DNA of 64,000 nucleotides from Isurus oxyrinchus (taxonomy: Eukaryota). Within the stretch, counting starts at the first letter, position 1. Each line of letters starts with the position of its first letter. A model generated the notes under the pieces. That model was not told where the DNA came from and made no database searches. It saw nothing but the letters and a program-made list of their open reading frames with translations. Of this stretch, positions 51,681 through 63,710 are shown piece after piece. The stretch lies in assembly GCA_026770705.1 (NCBI GenBank), contig JANJGN010000014.1:90954001-91018000 (forward strand), in the 5' to 3' direction. Position numbers and translations under genes: made by a program.

Positions 51681-53871
51681 ATTTTTCCATTTGTTTTTTA
51701 ATTGTTTTTCGCTATTTGTTTAACTTTAACTATTTCAATGAATAAATGCTTATGTTTTCCGTCTTCCTTCTCCATCTGCAGCATATTTCACTCATCATTT
51801 GAAGGAGGGGTTGAGCGAGGATCAGGTCTCAAAGGAGCAAAGCAAGCTGATCAGTTATATAATGGGGAGAAGAATGGATCTGAACTGTGAACAAATTTAG
51901 CCTGAAATCAATCAGCATTTTGATATGATGCATGAGTTATTTGTGTTTGTTCACTTCTTTTCCAGGAATAAAGTTGTTGACCCTTTACAGAAACCTTCAT
52001 TCTGAGATTTTTTTTGCCTGTGATCAATGAGGAATTTTAATTTTGTATGCTTGGCGTTTTTCACAATAAAATTTGCACAGTTTTTACTCATTCCTCTTTT
52101 TATTCTGAATGTTTTGTCAGACCTGCAAATGCAGAATTCCACTTATTAATCTTTCCATTCCATTAATTTCCATTAAAAAAAATACACATTGGAAGGGGGA
52201 GCTAATCACATCAGTTGATGCTCACCAGCAATAAATGTGATAAATAAATACATATAAGTATAAGTGCAATATAAAACGCAATGGATAAACTAGAAAAATA
52301 ACCAGTTCAGACCAATATTACTGGCACCACCTTCTGGCTTACTGGTACCATTACCAGTGTTAACTGGCTATTTCTACTGGAGCACCAGTTCTGAACTGTT
52401 CTTATTTCTCTGTTCAGAACTGGTACCTTTATTACTGGAACTTCCTTCTGCTTAGATAGCTGTGCTGCCTGCCCAGTGTCAGGGTTCGTGACATTTGCTC
52501 AAGGCTGGAGAGGAACATGCAGGAGGGATTTGATAAGGTGCCACATATCAAAGGTCATTGTGGAAAATAAAAGCTCATGGTGTAGAGGCTAACATATTAG
52601 CTAGAAGATTGGCTAGCTGACAGAAAACAGTATGTTTAAATGGGTCTTTTTTATGATTGGCAGGGTCTGATGAGTGGAATCCCACAGGGGTCTGTGCTGT
52701 GCTCAACTTTTAATGATTTATATTAATGACTTAGATGAGGAGTGAAGGAATGATAGCCAAATATGCAGATGACACAAAGATAAGTAGGAAAGTATGTTGT
52801 GAAGAGGACATAAGGGGTTGCAGACAGATGTAGATAGGTTGAGTGAGTGGGCAAAAATCTAGCAGATGGAGTATAATGTAAGAAAATGTGAAGTTGTCAC
52901 TCTGGCAGGAAGTACAAAAAAGCAGAGTATTGCTTAAACAGAGAATGACTGCAGAGGGATCAAGGTGCAAGTGTCACAAAAAGTATGCAGGTATGGAAAG
53001 TAATTAAGAAGGCTAATGGATGCTATCCTTTATTATGAGAGGAATTGAACATAAAAGTAAGGGTGTTATACTTCAGTTACACAGGGCATTGGTGAGACCA
53101 CGTGTCAAATACTATGTGCCGTTTTGGTCTCCTTATTTAAGGTAGGATGTAAATGTGTTGGGAGTGATTCAGAGGAAATTTACTAGATTGACACCTGGAA
53201 TGAGCCAGTTGTCTTATGAGGAAAAGATGGACAGACTGGGCTTATTTCCACTGGAGTTTGGAAGGGTGAGAGGTGAATTAATTGAAGTATATAAGATCCT
53301 GAATGGTATTGACAACATGGACCTGGAAAGGATGCTTTCTCTTGTGGGTGAGTTTAGAATTAGGGGGCACTGTTTTAAAATTAGAGGTTGCCTTTTTAGG
53401 ATAGAGATGAGAAGATTTTTATCTCGGAGAGTTGTGCAACTTTGGAACTCTCTGACTCAGAAGGCGGTGGAGGCAGAGTCATTGAATATTTTTAAGGTGA
53501 AGGTAGATAGATTCTTGTTAGGCGAGGGAATCAAAGGTTTGTCGGGGGGTAGATGAGAATGTGGAATTCAAAGCACAAACAGATCAGCCATGGTCTTACT
53601 GAATGACGGAGTAGGCTCGAGTGGCCAAATGACCTACTTCTGCTACTATTTCATATGTTTGTATGCTTGTAACTGGAAATTTTCAAGTCTGAGATTAAAA
53701 GCTTTTTGTTAGCTATATGTAATAAGGGCAATGGATCGAAGGCAAACAAATGAAGTTTAGATACAGATTGGTTATGATCTAACTAAATAATGGAAGAGGT
53801 CTGAAGGACTGAATGGCCTACTTCTGTTCTGATACTCCTATGAATGCTTAAAGCATTTCAAGCGTACTTAC

Positions 53872-54039
53872 AGCTTGGCTTGCTCTGTAGGAATGGGTAG
53901 CTGCAGTTTGGCAATGAAAATTGCTCCTATGGGCAAAGGCATAACTCCTCCAGCCAGGTATGGTGTTGGACCACTGTGAAGTAAAATCTGGACCAATTGT
54001 AGATTTGTTTCCAGAGAAAGACCGAATCTGTGGTGTTTG
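53872..54039 (-). pseudogene. Open 168-bp symmetric exon-like segment of the unidentified gene
   Basis: CTTCACAG acceptor and GTAAGT donor; KHHRFGLSLETNLQLVQILLHSGPTPYLAGGVMPLPIGAIFIAKLQLPIPTEQAK with no stop. Confidence 0.55.
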
Positions 54040-55283
54040 CTGTGAAGATAAATCACAGTGAAATAAAAACATTAGCATCTACTTCAATGGTAGCTGAGTG
54101 AGCCTAAGACAAACCATGACATTATTATATGAAGTAATCTATATAATGGTAGTAAATCTAATCAGATCTGACTTGCTATATGTGCAATCCCAACTTATTT
54201 TCAATTAGATACACTTGTTGCGACTCATTGGGAATAGTGCACTGCAACATCAAGCCCCACTGCTCCCCGAGGTGCGACAAATGTGAAAAGTTTGATCAAA
54301 CGACTTACTTGTTAAATCTGGTTAACAGAATAGGAGCACCAAGCTTGTAAACTTAATAAGTAAATAACTGTTATTTGAACAAATTGTCTTTAACCAGTGG
54401 CAAAAGAAAGAAATATGAACTGCTAATTTCTAACTCTATAACCTAAACTCTACCCCTTCTTAAATCCCTATACACACACATACAAGTCACATAAGACACA
54501 CAAAAACATGGATTTTAAGGGTGGGATAAAACAGTTCAATAGCACCAATTCTGGAGCATAGGATTCGATGGGTTGATTTTGATCGATGTTTTCCAAATTC
54601 CTTTCAGTTCTTTGTTGATGACACGAGGTGGTCTTCCCAGCGCTTTCAGTCTTTAGTTCACTCGTTGAGTACTTGCTTTTCAATGTCTCTGATGGTGATT
54701 TTCCCCTTTTCCTCTTGACATGGGTTTTTTGGAGAGAGCATAGCTTATAGAGATATGAGGGGAAAAAACAGCTAGCTATTATTGTAGAATTATTGGAATC
54801 TTACACACACACACACAGGAGAAAGAGATTTTATGTCTTTTCTCTTTTCAGGCTTGGAGCTTTTTCCAGCTGCACAGCTCTCACACAAACCCTGGTCACC
54901 TGGTTGGGAGCCAATTAAAATGTTGTTGCTAGGCCGTTCCCCATTAGAGCGGACTCCTGCTCGGCACCATCCTGTCTTTCATGGCACACACTGTTCCAGG
55001 ACAGAAACAAGGTATTTATCCCTCACACTGTTCCAGTACACATGCCTTTCAAACTGCAGCCATTGTAATTTTAATCCACAGTCCAACAGAAATAAAAAGA
55101 TATATTCTTTACAACACTCCAACAGAAATAAAAAGATATGTTCTTTACATGCCTCCACCCTTAAAAGAGATGAAACACCATTTCAAAAATGCATTTCATC
55201 ACAAGGTATGTGACACATGGAAAACAAAACAGGAGACTTGCTTCCATCCATCCTTCCTGCCCCTTATACAATCTTCAGTATTT

Positions 55284-56603
55284 GTTCTGATGATGCCACT
55301 TTCCAAAACTGTTCCTCTGACATGTCTTCCTTCTTCCTTAAGTAAGGTTTTCCACCCACGGTGGTTGACAGGGCCATCTCCCACGTATCCGCCCTCGCAC
55401 CTTCCTCTCCCTCCCAGAAACATGATAGGGTCCCCCTTGTCCTCACTTATCACCCCACCAGCTTCCGCATTCAAAAGATCATCCTCCGCCATTTCCGCCA
55501 ACTCCAGCATGACACCACCACCAACCACATCGTCCCTTCACGCCCCCCATCAGCATTCCGAAGGGACCGTTCCCTCCAGGACACCCTGGTCCACTCCTCC
55601 ATCACCCCTACACCTCAATCCCCTCCCACAGCACCTTCCCATGCAATCGCAGAAGGTGTAACACCTGCCTCTTTACTTCCCCCCTCCTCACTGTCCAAGG
55701 GCCCAAACACTCCTTTCAAGTGAAGTAGCACTTCACTTGCACTTCCTTCAATTTAGTCTATTGCATTTGCTGCTCCCAATGCGGTCTCCTCTACATTGGA
55801 GAGACCAAATGTAGACTGGGTGACCGCTTTGCGGAACACTTTTGGTCTGTCCGCAAGCGTGACCCAGACCTCCCTGTCGCTTGCCATTTCAACACACCAC
55901 CCTGCTCTCATGCCAACATGTCCGTTCTTGGCCTGCTGCAATGTTCCAGTGAAGCTCAATGCAAACTGGAGGAACAGCACCTCATCTTCCGATTAGGCAC
56001 TTTACAGCCTTCTGGACTTAACATTGAGTTTAACAACTTCAGATCATGAACTCTCTCCTCTATCCCCACCCCCTTTCCGATCCCCCTTTTTCCAATAATT
56101 TATAATTTTTTTCATACATTTAAAAAAAATTTTTTTTTTTCTTTTCTCACCGATTTCTATTATTTTTAAGTTCATTTCTATCCATTGTTTTATCTCCACT
56201 CTTTAGCCTATTTCAATCCCTTCCCCCCACCCCACCCCCACTAGGGCTATCAGTCACTTGCTCATCCCGCTTTCTACCCTTAATGTCACCATTAGCACAT
56301 TCCTTAGCTAATATCACCACCATCAACACCCTTTTGTCTTTTTACCTTTGACATCTTTGGCAATCTCTTCTTTGCCTCCACTTATCACTGGCCCTCTATC
56401 CAGCTTTACCTGTCCCACCCCACTCAACCAGCTTATATTTTACCTTATTTCTATCTTTCCTTAGTTCTGATGAACAGTCATTTGGACTCGAAACATTGAC
56501 TGCGTTCCTCTCTGCTGATGCTCTCAGGCCTGCTGAGTTTTTCCAGCTAATTTTGTTTTTGTTTCAGGTTTTTTGTTTCCAGCATCCGCAGTATTTTGCT
56601 TTT
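55284..56603 (+). mobile_element. Penelope-like element nested in the Gypsy 3' region
   Basis: GIY-YIG remnant LYIGETK; 13-bp TSD ATCTTCAG(T/C)ATTT at 55271-55283 and 56604-56616. Confidence 0.88.
56463..56501 (+). ncRNA. Minimal hammerhead ribozyme motif with canonical CTGATGA core
   Basis: AGTT-CTGATGA-ACAGTC ATTTG GACTC-GAAA-CATT-GACT. CATT is probably a CpG-decayed CGTT. Confidence 0.68.
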
Positions 56604-56699
56604 ATCTTCAGCATTTCTTACCCCTTTAACTTATTTCAGTATTTTACACTCAGGACAATGTAACTACGATCATATTATCTTTGCCAGCATGTGAACAAT

Positions 56700-59600
56700 T
56701 TTTACATTGAATGATTGAAAGAATAGACTCCACCTAAACAGTTTCGCATTTCAAGTTTTAAACTTTTCAATGAATGCCAGCAGATTATGGTTAATGTAAA
56801 TTAATGTTTCTTTGTTATCGTGTCAGAAATAAACTTCAAAGAGTTGAAGAAATAACAATGCTAGAGTTTCTTTATCTACTGTACAGTACTTCCTCTGATG
56901 TTGATTTAGTCTCTTGGAAAAGTACCCCACCAGCTTCTCTAACTCTAATTTATCATTGTGTTACAGGACTGCACCCACCCCCAAGTCACTAGCATCAATT
57001 GCATTTTAAAAGGTTTGGTAAAGTCAGGAGTGGCCAACACTGGTTCATTTATTAAGATTGCCTTCAGATTTTCAAAGGCTGCTTGGCATTTTGCTGACCA
57101 CACCACTTTTGCCTGTTTTCTTAACAAATTGGTGAGAGGTACAGCTATTGTGCTGAAGTTAGACACAAACTTCTGATAAAACCCACGCATTCCCGAAAAT
57201 CTGATGATTTCTCGTGCTACCGTGAGTCCTTCTAGAAACATGGACATGTAATCCAACATGGAGGATTTGTCTTTCTGCTTTAGAAACTTTTCCTTAATCA
57301 CTTTTAATGAACCTCTTATTTCATGGCCATAGATCAATTCAAATAGATTAAATCCTGTAGAATAATTTGGAGAATCTCTGGTAGCAAATAGTAAGAAATC
57401 TAATCCTTTGTCCCAATCCTTTGGGTATTCATGGCAATAGATCTTAATCATGGTTTTGAGAGTCTGGTGGTCTCTCTCTAAAGCTCCCCGTGTCTGTGGA
57501 TGATAGGTTGTAGACTTCAGTTGTTTGATACCCAAACTGCTGATTATGTCCTGGAAAATTTTAGACATGAAGTTAGAATCTTGGTCAGATTATATTTCAA
57601 TTGGCAGGCCATAACGAGTGAAAAACTGAGTTAACTTTTCCAGTACCGCCTTAACTGTAATTTTCCTTATAGGAATAGCTTCTGGAAATCGAGTTGTCAT
57701 ATCCATGATTGTAAGGATATACTGATGTCCTGCTTTCGTTTTGGGTAATGGCCCTTCACAATCTAGTAATACCCAAATGAATGGTTCTTCAAAAACTGGT
57801 ATGGGTATGAATGGTGCTGGTTTGATTACATGTTGAGGTTTACCTACTACCTGACATGTATGACATGTTTTACAAAATTGCACTATATCCTTATGAAGTC
57901 TTGGCCAAATAAAATGCCTGTTTATTGATACTTGATTTTTCCGTATTCCTTCATATCCTACAATAGGAATTTCATGTGATACTTGCAATATCTCCTTACG
58001 ATATTTGGGCGGTACCACTATCCGATGAACAGCCATTCGTTCCTCAGCCGCAGGTCTGTGAGGGTGTCTCCACTTCAGCATCAGAACTCCGTTTTTAATG
58101 TAATAGCACTCCGGAACTCTTTCTGCTTCATCTTCAATGTGAGCTGAATGTGTTAACTTGTTTAACTCTGGATCTGCTTTCTGAGCCTCAATTAATGAAG
58201 ACATGCCAAACACTTCCTTTGGATTATCCTCATCCTTAAAGAGAATTTCAGCTACTCTAACATTTGCTTGCAGTATTAGTTTGACCTCTGGTGGTGGACT
58301 TTGTTTAGTCATTGCTCTGGTCACCCCAAACGATGGAAAAATACCAGGAACTTGTTCTTGTAACTGCTGTGTCTCTTTAGTCTCTCTCAGACTTTCCGTA
58401 ATTATGGGTGAAACTATAACCTCCACTCCTGCCAAATCGTTCCCCAGGAGTAAATCAACTCCATCCACAGGTAATTTCTTAACAACTCCTACAAACACCG
58501 ATCCAGACAACACAACACACTCCAATAACACTTTGTACAATGAAACTGGGATATACTCTCCACTTATCCCGTTTACCAATGCTTTAGCTTTCATTGAGCT
58601 CTCTGGAGGGAAAACTAGGTCCTTCTCCAGCAAAAGAATTGAATTCCTGTGTCCCTTAGTTATGGGTTTAGTTGCATCATTTGATGTAAAAGGGGATATC
58701 TTTCCTTTAGACAAAAACCCTCTTTATCTCTCATCTACCTTATTCACTTCACCTGCATTCACAGCAGTGGTTACCTCCAGTCCCTTATTTGTAATTAAAG
58801 CTACAATTTGATCTGTGGCATTTTCTTTTTGAGTTCCCTTTTCAGACTTACTCTTATGAACTCCAATAAGTCCCATGGGCTTCCCTCGCAACTTCCAGCA
58901 TTCCGAACAAATGTGTCCCACTTTATTACAAGGGAAGCACTTAGACCTTCGAGTTTCACCTCTACCCTCAATACCTTCCTTCCTGATCTGGGGATGAGAT
59001 CTCAAGGTATTCCCAGCTGTCCATTCTTTACCCTGGCTATTTGCCCTCCTTTCACTCTCCCATTTTCTATCCTTTTTAAATTTATGGGGTGATGGATAAA
59101 AGGTTTAGTTTTATGGATCAGGTCATAATTGTCAGCCATTACTGTTGCCTATCTCGTTGTTGAACCCTTTGGTCTTCAACATGGGTTCTTATTACAGAAG
59201 GTAGGAAGTTTTTAAATTCTTCCAGGAGATTGGTCTCTCTGAGAACTTCATAAGTAGTTTCAACTCCTAATTCTCGTATCCACCTGTCAAAACTACTTTG
59301 CTTAACCCTTTCAAATTCAATGTAAGTTTGCCCAGGCTGTTTCCTTAAATTTCAAAACTTTAGTCTGTATGCTTCAGGGACCATCTCATATGTGCTCAAA
59401 ATGGCCTTTTTCACCACATCATAATCCCCAGAAACCTCCTTTGACAGTGAAGCATAAATTTCCTGTACTCTGTCAATTTGCTCTGTATAGGCAATGTCCA
59501 ATTTTATCTTTGGCCAGTTCATCTGTTTAGCTATCTTCTCAAACGAAATAAAGAATGCTTCAACATCCCTTTCCTCAAACTTGGGAAGAGCTTGTACAAA

Positions 59601-60104
59601 TTTAAACATCTCCCCACTGGGTTCTGATCTGGAAATAAATCCTGCCTCATCTACTGGTATCTCGTTTTTAACTGCCACTTTTCTAAGCTGGAATTCTCTG
59701 TCTCTCTTTTTCACTCTTTCCTCCTTTTCTAACTTTGCCATTTCTAATTCCCTTTCTTGTTTTCTTTCTCTCTCTTGCCTTTCTGCCGAAAATGATCTTC
59801 CTTTTTCTTTTTCTGCTGCCTCCAGCTCAAGTTTTTTAATTTCCTTTGCTTGTTCAAGTTCCAGCTTCTTCAATTCTAACTGAAGTCTCACTATCTCCAG
59901 CTGTGACTCACTAGTGTCAGCCATCACTTCCAACTTTACATGCTGTGCTATACTTTCAATTATGTCTGCCTTTCTAGCTTTGGCAGGCAATCCTACTCTT
60001 AATTTACCTGACAATTTGATTAACCTGGCTTTTGGAATCCCTTGTAAAATCATCAGGGTCATCTCTTCCACTTGCAGGAAAGCTTTAGCAGTTTCCAGTG
60101 CCAT
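56700..60104 (-). pseudogene. gag-pol remnant in PR-IN-(RT)-RH order
   Basis: LPKFEERDVEAFFISFEKIA..WP; CFPCNKVGHICSEC; CKTCHTCQ; DCEGPLPKTKAGHQYILTIMD; YHPQT; fused to GFYQKFVSNFSTIAVPLTNLL..PVLATPDFTKPF. Confidence 0.9.
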
Positions 60105-60296
60105 CTTATTTGTGATAGTCCAAACCTGGTGTTTCCTTTTAGCTTTTATTACTTACTAAATCTACACCCAAATAGTCATTGTCTTTTGTTCCAAAATATC
60201 CTGGACCCGAGCCCACAAACGTTGTCAAAATTCACTGGGGATAGTGCGCTACAATATCAAGCCCCACTGCTCCCCGAGCGGTGACAAATGTGAAAA

Positions 60297-60442
60297 AAAT
60301 AAAAATAAAAACAAAGAAAACTGCGGATGCTGGAAATCCAAAACAAAAACAGAATTACCTGGAAAAACTCAACAGGTCTGGCAGCATCGGCGGAGAAGAA
60401 AAGAGTTGACGTTTCGAGTCCTCATGACCCTTCGATAGAACT
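60297..60442 (-). mobile_element. Penelope 3' repeat inserted in the 5' LTR
   Basis: Absent from the other LTR; TGAAAA duplicated on both sides; contains the hammerhead motif at 60404-60442. Confidence 0.88.
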
Positions 60443-61559
60443 TGAAAAGTTTGATCAAGCCACCTAGCTGTTTAATTTAAGTTAATAGAATAGAAGCACC
60501 AGGCTTGTAACCTTAATAAGTAAATAACTGTTCATTGAACAAATTGTCTTTAACCGGTGGCAAAAGAAAGAAATGTGAACTGCTGATTTCTAATTCTATA
60601 ACCTAAACTCTACCCCTTCTTAAATCCCTTTACACAAACATACAAGACACATAAGACGCACAAAAATGTGGATTTTAAGGGTGGGATAAAACAGTTCAAT
60701 AGCACCAATTCTGGAGTACTGGATTTGATGGGTTAATTTTGATGGATGTCTTCCAAATTCCTTTTCGTTCTTTGTTGATAACACGAGTGGTCTTCCCAGC
60801 GCTTTCAGTCTTTAGTTCGCTGGTTGAGCATTTTCAGGCTAAGAGCTTTTTCCTGGTGCACTGAACTCACACAAACCATGGTCACCTGGCTAAGAGCCAA
60901 TTAAAATATTGTCGCCAGACAGTTCCAGTTCCCCATTAGACTGGACTCCTCCTTAGCACCATCCTGTCTTTCATGGTACACACTGTTCCAGGACAGTAAC
61001 ACTGTATATATCCCTCACACTGTTCCAGTAGACATGCCTTTCAAACTGCAGCCATTATAATTTTAATTCACAGTACAACAGAAATAAAAAGATGTATTCT
61101 TTTCAACACTCCCACAGAAATAAAAAGATTTGTTTTTTACACATTTCACAACTAAAACAGAATCAGGATTTGGAGTGGCACTACAGCTACTACCATAGCT
61201 ACTACCATACAAATAATTTCCAATATTACTCTGAATCTCAACTTTGTAAATGTTAACATGATTTGCAAAATCATATAAAACCATTTATCTTGCTATAATT
61301 TATAGTGATATAATGGAAACTGCAGATTATGATGTGATGTGACATCCTACGAGTAAATTCTACAGTTGTTTGGTGTTTTATTAATAACAAGCCCACCCAG
61401 ACACAAATCAAAATGTGAAAAAATAATGAAGCAATATTTAGCTGAAGGAATATATAAAGACCACAAGCCTCAGTTCAGAATGCACAACTTATTTCCAGAC
61501 TGGAGGGTAATTCAATTATAATATAGTCATAAGTTAGTTATCCATTTCAAGTGTCTTAC

Positions 61560-61758
61560 ACAAAGGAATATATTGCACTCTTTGTACAAAAGGCTGAATA
61601 ACTTGGTGGAGGGAGGCATGAAATTCCTCTTGCCAATAAATTTAGTAGAAAAGGTAGCATGAAAATAAAACAAAGGGCAAAAGTTGCACAGGGATTTCCC
61701 TGATCTCCCATTACATCTTGTGCAGAATATCAGGATAAACCCTGGGGTTTCCACAGAT
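61560..61758 (-). pseudogene. Exon-like remnant with two in-frame stops
   Basis: TTGACAG acceptor and GTAAGA donor; ICGNPRVYPDILHKM*WEIREIPVQLLPFVLFSCYLFY*IYWQEEFHASLHQVIQPFVQRVQYIPL. Confidence 0.5.
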
Positions 61759-61979
61759 CTGTCAAATTTATGGAAATTCTAGCTTTAGAAGTATTTTGCA
61801 TTGAGGCAACATCACTTTCTTTTGCTAAAATTAACAGGATAAATTACCTCCCTTTGGTATTGTGAAGGAATGATCACTGTAAGATCATTGTAGCACAAAA
61901 TAAAGGCAAATAAGAATTGGTATAAACTATTGGCAAGAGGAATTCCACCAAGTTATTCAGGCTTTTGTACAAAGAATAT

Positions 61980-63710
61980 AATATATTCCTATTTGCCTTT
62001 ATTTTACTATGCAGTGTTATTTCTATCTGCAATGGCTTCTGTTCTATATCCATTCCATGAGGATCCAAGGCAGTTCTTTAAGGTAATCAGGAATTTCTAA
62101 TCTCCACAAAGCAAAAAAATCACCATCAAAATAAATGCAGATTACTGACACAATTTCAAAGTTAAAAGGCACCAAAAATCATTTCAAATTCTCAGTTCAC
62201 AACATTAATTGAAAAACTTGCAACGGTCTTGTAACTCTCTTCAGTAGTAATACAGATCTATTTTGATGGCTTCAGAATATAATAAAAATGATAAGAATGG
62301 AGAATAGCTATCAGACAAGTGATTAAAACACTAGAATTATCATAATTTTTTTGTTTCTGGTGAGCATTAACAATGTGGAACTTGATTTGACGGTTGTAAT
62401 AACTTACCTACATCACAAAACATTACTACATGTAAGATTATTAGGTTACTAAGCAGAATGCTAATGTTAAAATGTAATTTTATTGTAGAAAATAACATCT
62501 TACTTTATTTTTGTCTTGGTAGTATAATAAAGTGAGAAAACTTAGAAGTAGGGCATAGTATGGAAAAGATGCCAAGGTAGTGGCACCATGGGAAAATTAT
62601 AATTGTTATTATTAAAAACGATCAAGTTTTATAATAAAAAAGAGCTTTCTTTCAGCAAGGAGACGAGACCTTGAGGCTGGCTGTGGGAATTGAATGTGCA
62701 TGTAAAAACACAGGACTGGAATGTTTACATCCTTCTAGGAGATAAGACCATGGAACCTTGAAATAAAAGATAGTCAAATACAGATGAATGTGAAAAACAT
62801 TATGGAATTGTATGATGCTCACATGAAAGATACGTGGTTGGTTTAGGAAAGTATGCTCAAACACAGGGCTGAAGATGATTGGAGTAAGAGAGGGGTTAAT
62901 TGGATAAATGCCAGGGGAAAAGAGGGCTTCCCGATCAGATTCATGTGGTGGAGAAATCTAGAAAACAAGACAAGAACAAACAAGAGACAAGGGAGAGGGA
63001 GAGAGGGAGAAACAGAGAAAAGACCAAATACCAAAAGCTGCAAGAAGAGAGGTCATTGTGTGCTCCCCATCCAGTCATAATATGGCAAATATATAGCCCA
63101 CGTTAGATTGTAAATCACCACTGGAGTTTATTGCTGTAGTTTACTTGAAAACTTAATAAACTTGTTCTGACTTTATCTAATTTAAGTAGTCTCATGATCA
63201 AACTTTTTGCCAGCCCTTTCCCATAACAACTCGGGACTCAGAACCCTCAAAACCAAAATATATTCCCACTTGTCTTTACTTTACTATTGCAAGAATTTAC
63301 AGTGTTATTTCTATTTGTAATAGCTGGTATTTTATATTCATTCCATAAGGATCTGAGGCAGTTCTTAATGTAATCAGGAATTTCTAATTTCCACGAGGCA
63401 AAAAAACACTATGAAAATGAATACAGATTATTGATACAATTTCAGAGCGAATAGACACCCAAATTTATTTGAAAATTTCAGTTTATGACATTAACCGAAA
63501 AAATTGATTGTGCTACTGTCTTGTAACTCTCTTCAATAGATTGTTTCAGAATATAATAACTGAAAGATAATGAAGTATAGCAATCAGAGAAGAGGTTAAA
63601 TACACTACAATTATCACAATTATGTTTTGCTTCTGGTGAGTATTTACATTATGGAACATGAATTGATGGCTGTAATAACATACCTATGTCACAAAATGTG
63701 ACCACACAAG
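61980..63710. repeat. Diverged ~450-bp direct duplication (61980-62430 vs 63257-63710) flanking an LTR-like spacer (62431-63228)
   Basis: Shared blocks CAGTGTTATTTCTAT, TAATCAGGAATTTCTAAT, GTCTTGTAACTCTCTTCA and TTCTGGTGAG. The spacer has TGT..ACA ends and AATAAA. Confidence 0.75.

Larger units (their letters stand above)
48587..52452. mobile_element. EnSpm/CACTA-like non-autonomous DNA transposon
   Basis: Ends CCCAGAAGGAA / TTCCTTCTGCT; clusters of ACTGG/CCAGT subterminal repeats at 48600-48750 and 52290-52440; cleanly interrupts CR1 ORF1; possible 2-bp TSD CA/TA. Confidence 0.7.
48215..53665 (+). mobile_element. Internally deleted CR1 (ORF1 esterase region, RT and 3'UTR) split by a DNA transposon
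   Basis: ORF1 VQLSNRFEVL..VMVVGESIMSGID resumes after 52452 as LCCLPSVRVRDI. RT motifs SGIPQGSVL and KYADDTK; ORF 53155-53556 is the CR1 C-terminus. Confidence 0.87.
54216..61141 (-). mobile_element. Gmr1-type Gypsy provirus with both LTRs and the RT core deleted
   Basis: LTRs 54216-55149 and 60223-61141; flanks CACT/CATT; PBS 60198-60217 (tRNA-Pro-like TGTGGGCTCGGGTCCAGGAT); PPT 55150-55165; gag, CCHC knuckle, protease, integrase, then RT tail/RNase H. Confidence 0.92.

Noticed and set aside
51951-52122. Next exon of the minus-strand ghost gene (phase matches the 54039-53872 exon)
   Set aside because: It sits inside a transposon that is itself inside a CR1, so it cannot be an ancestral host exon.
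55080-55149. Short direct repeats (AACAGAAATAAAAAGAT) as a CRISPR-like array
   Set aside because: Only two units, present at the same end of both LTRs; eukaryotic context with no cas genes.
58203-59883. Long plus-strand ORFs (202 and 129 aa)
   Set aside because: Antisense shadows of the Gypsy gag-pol.
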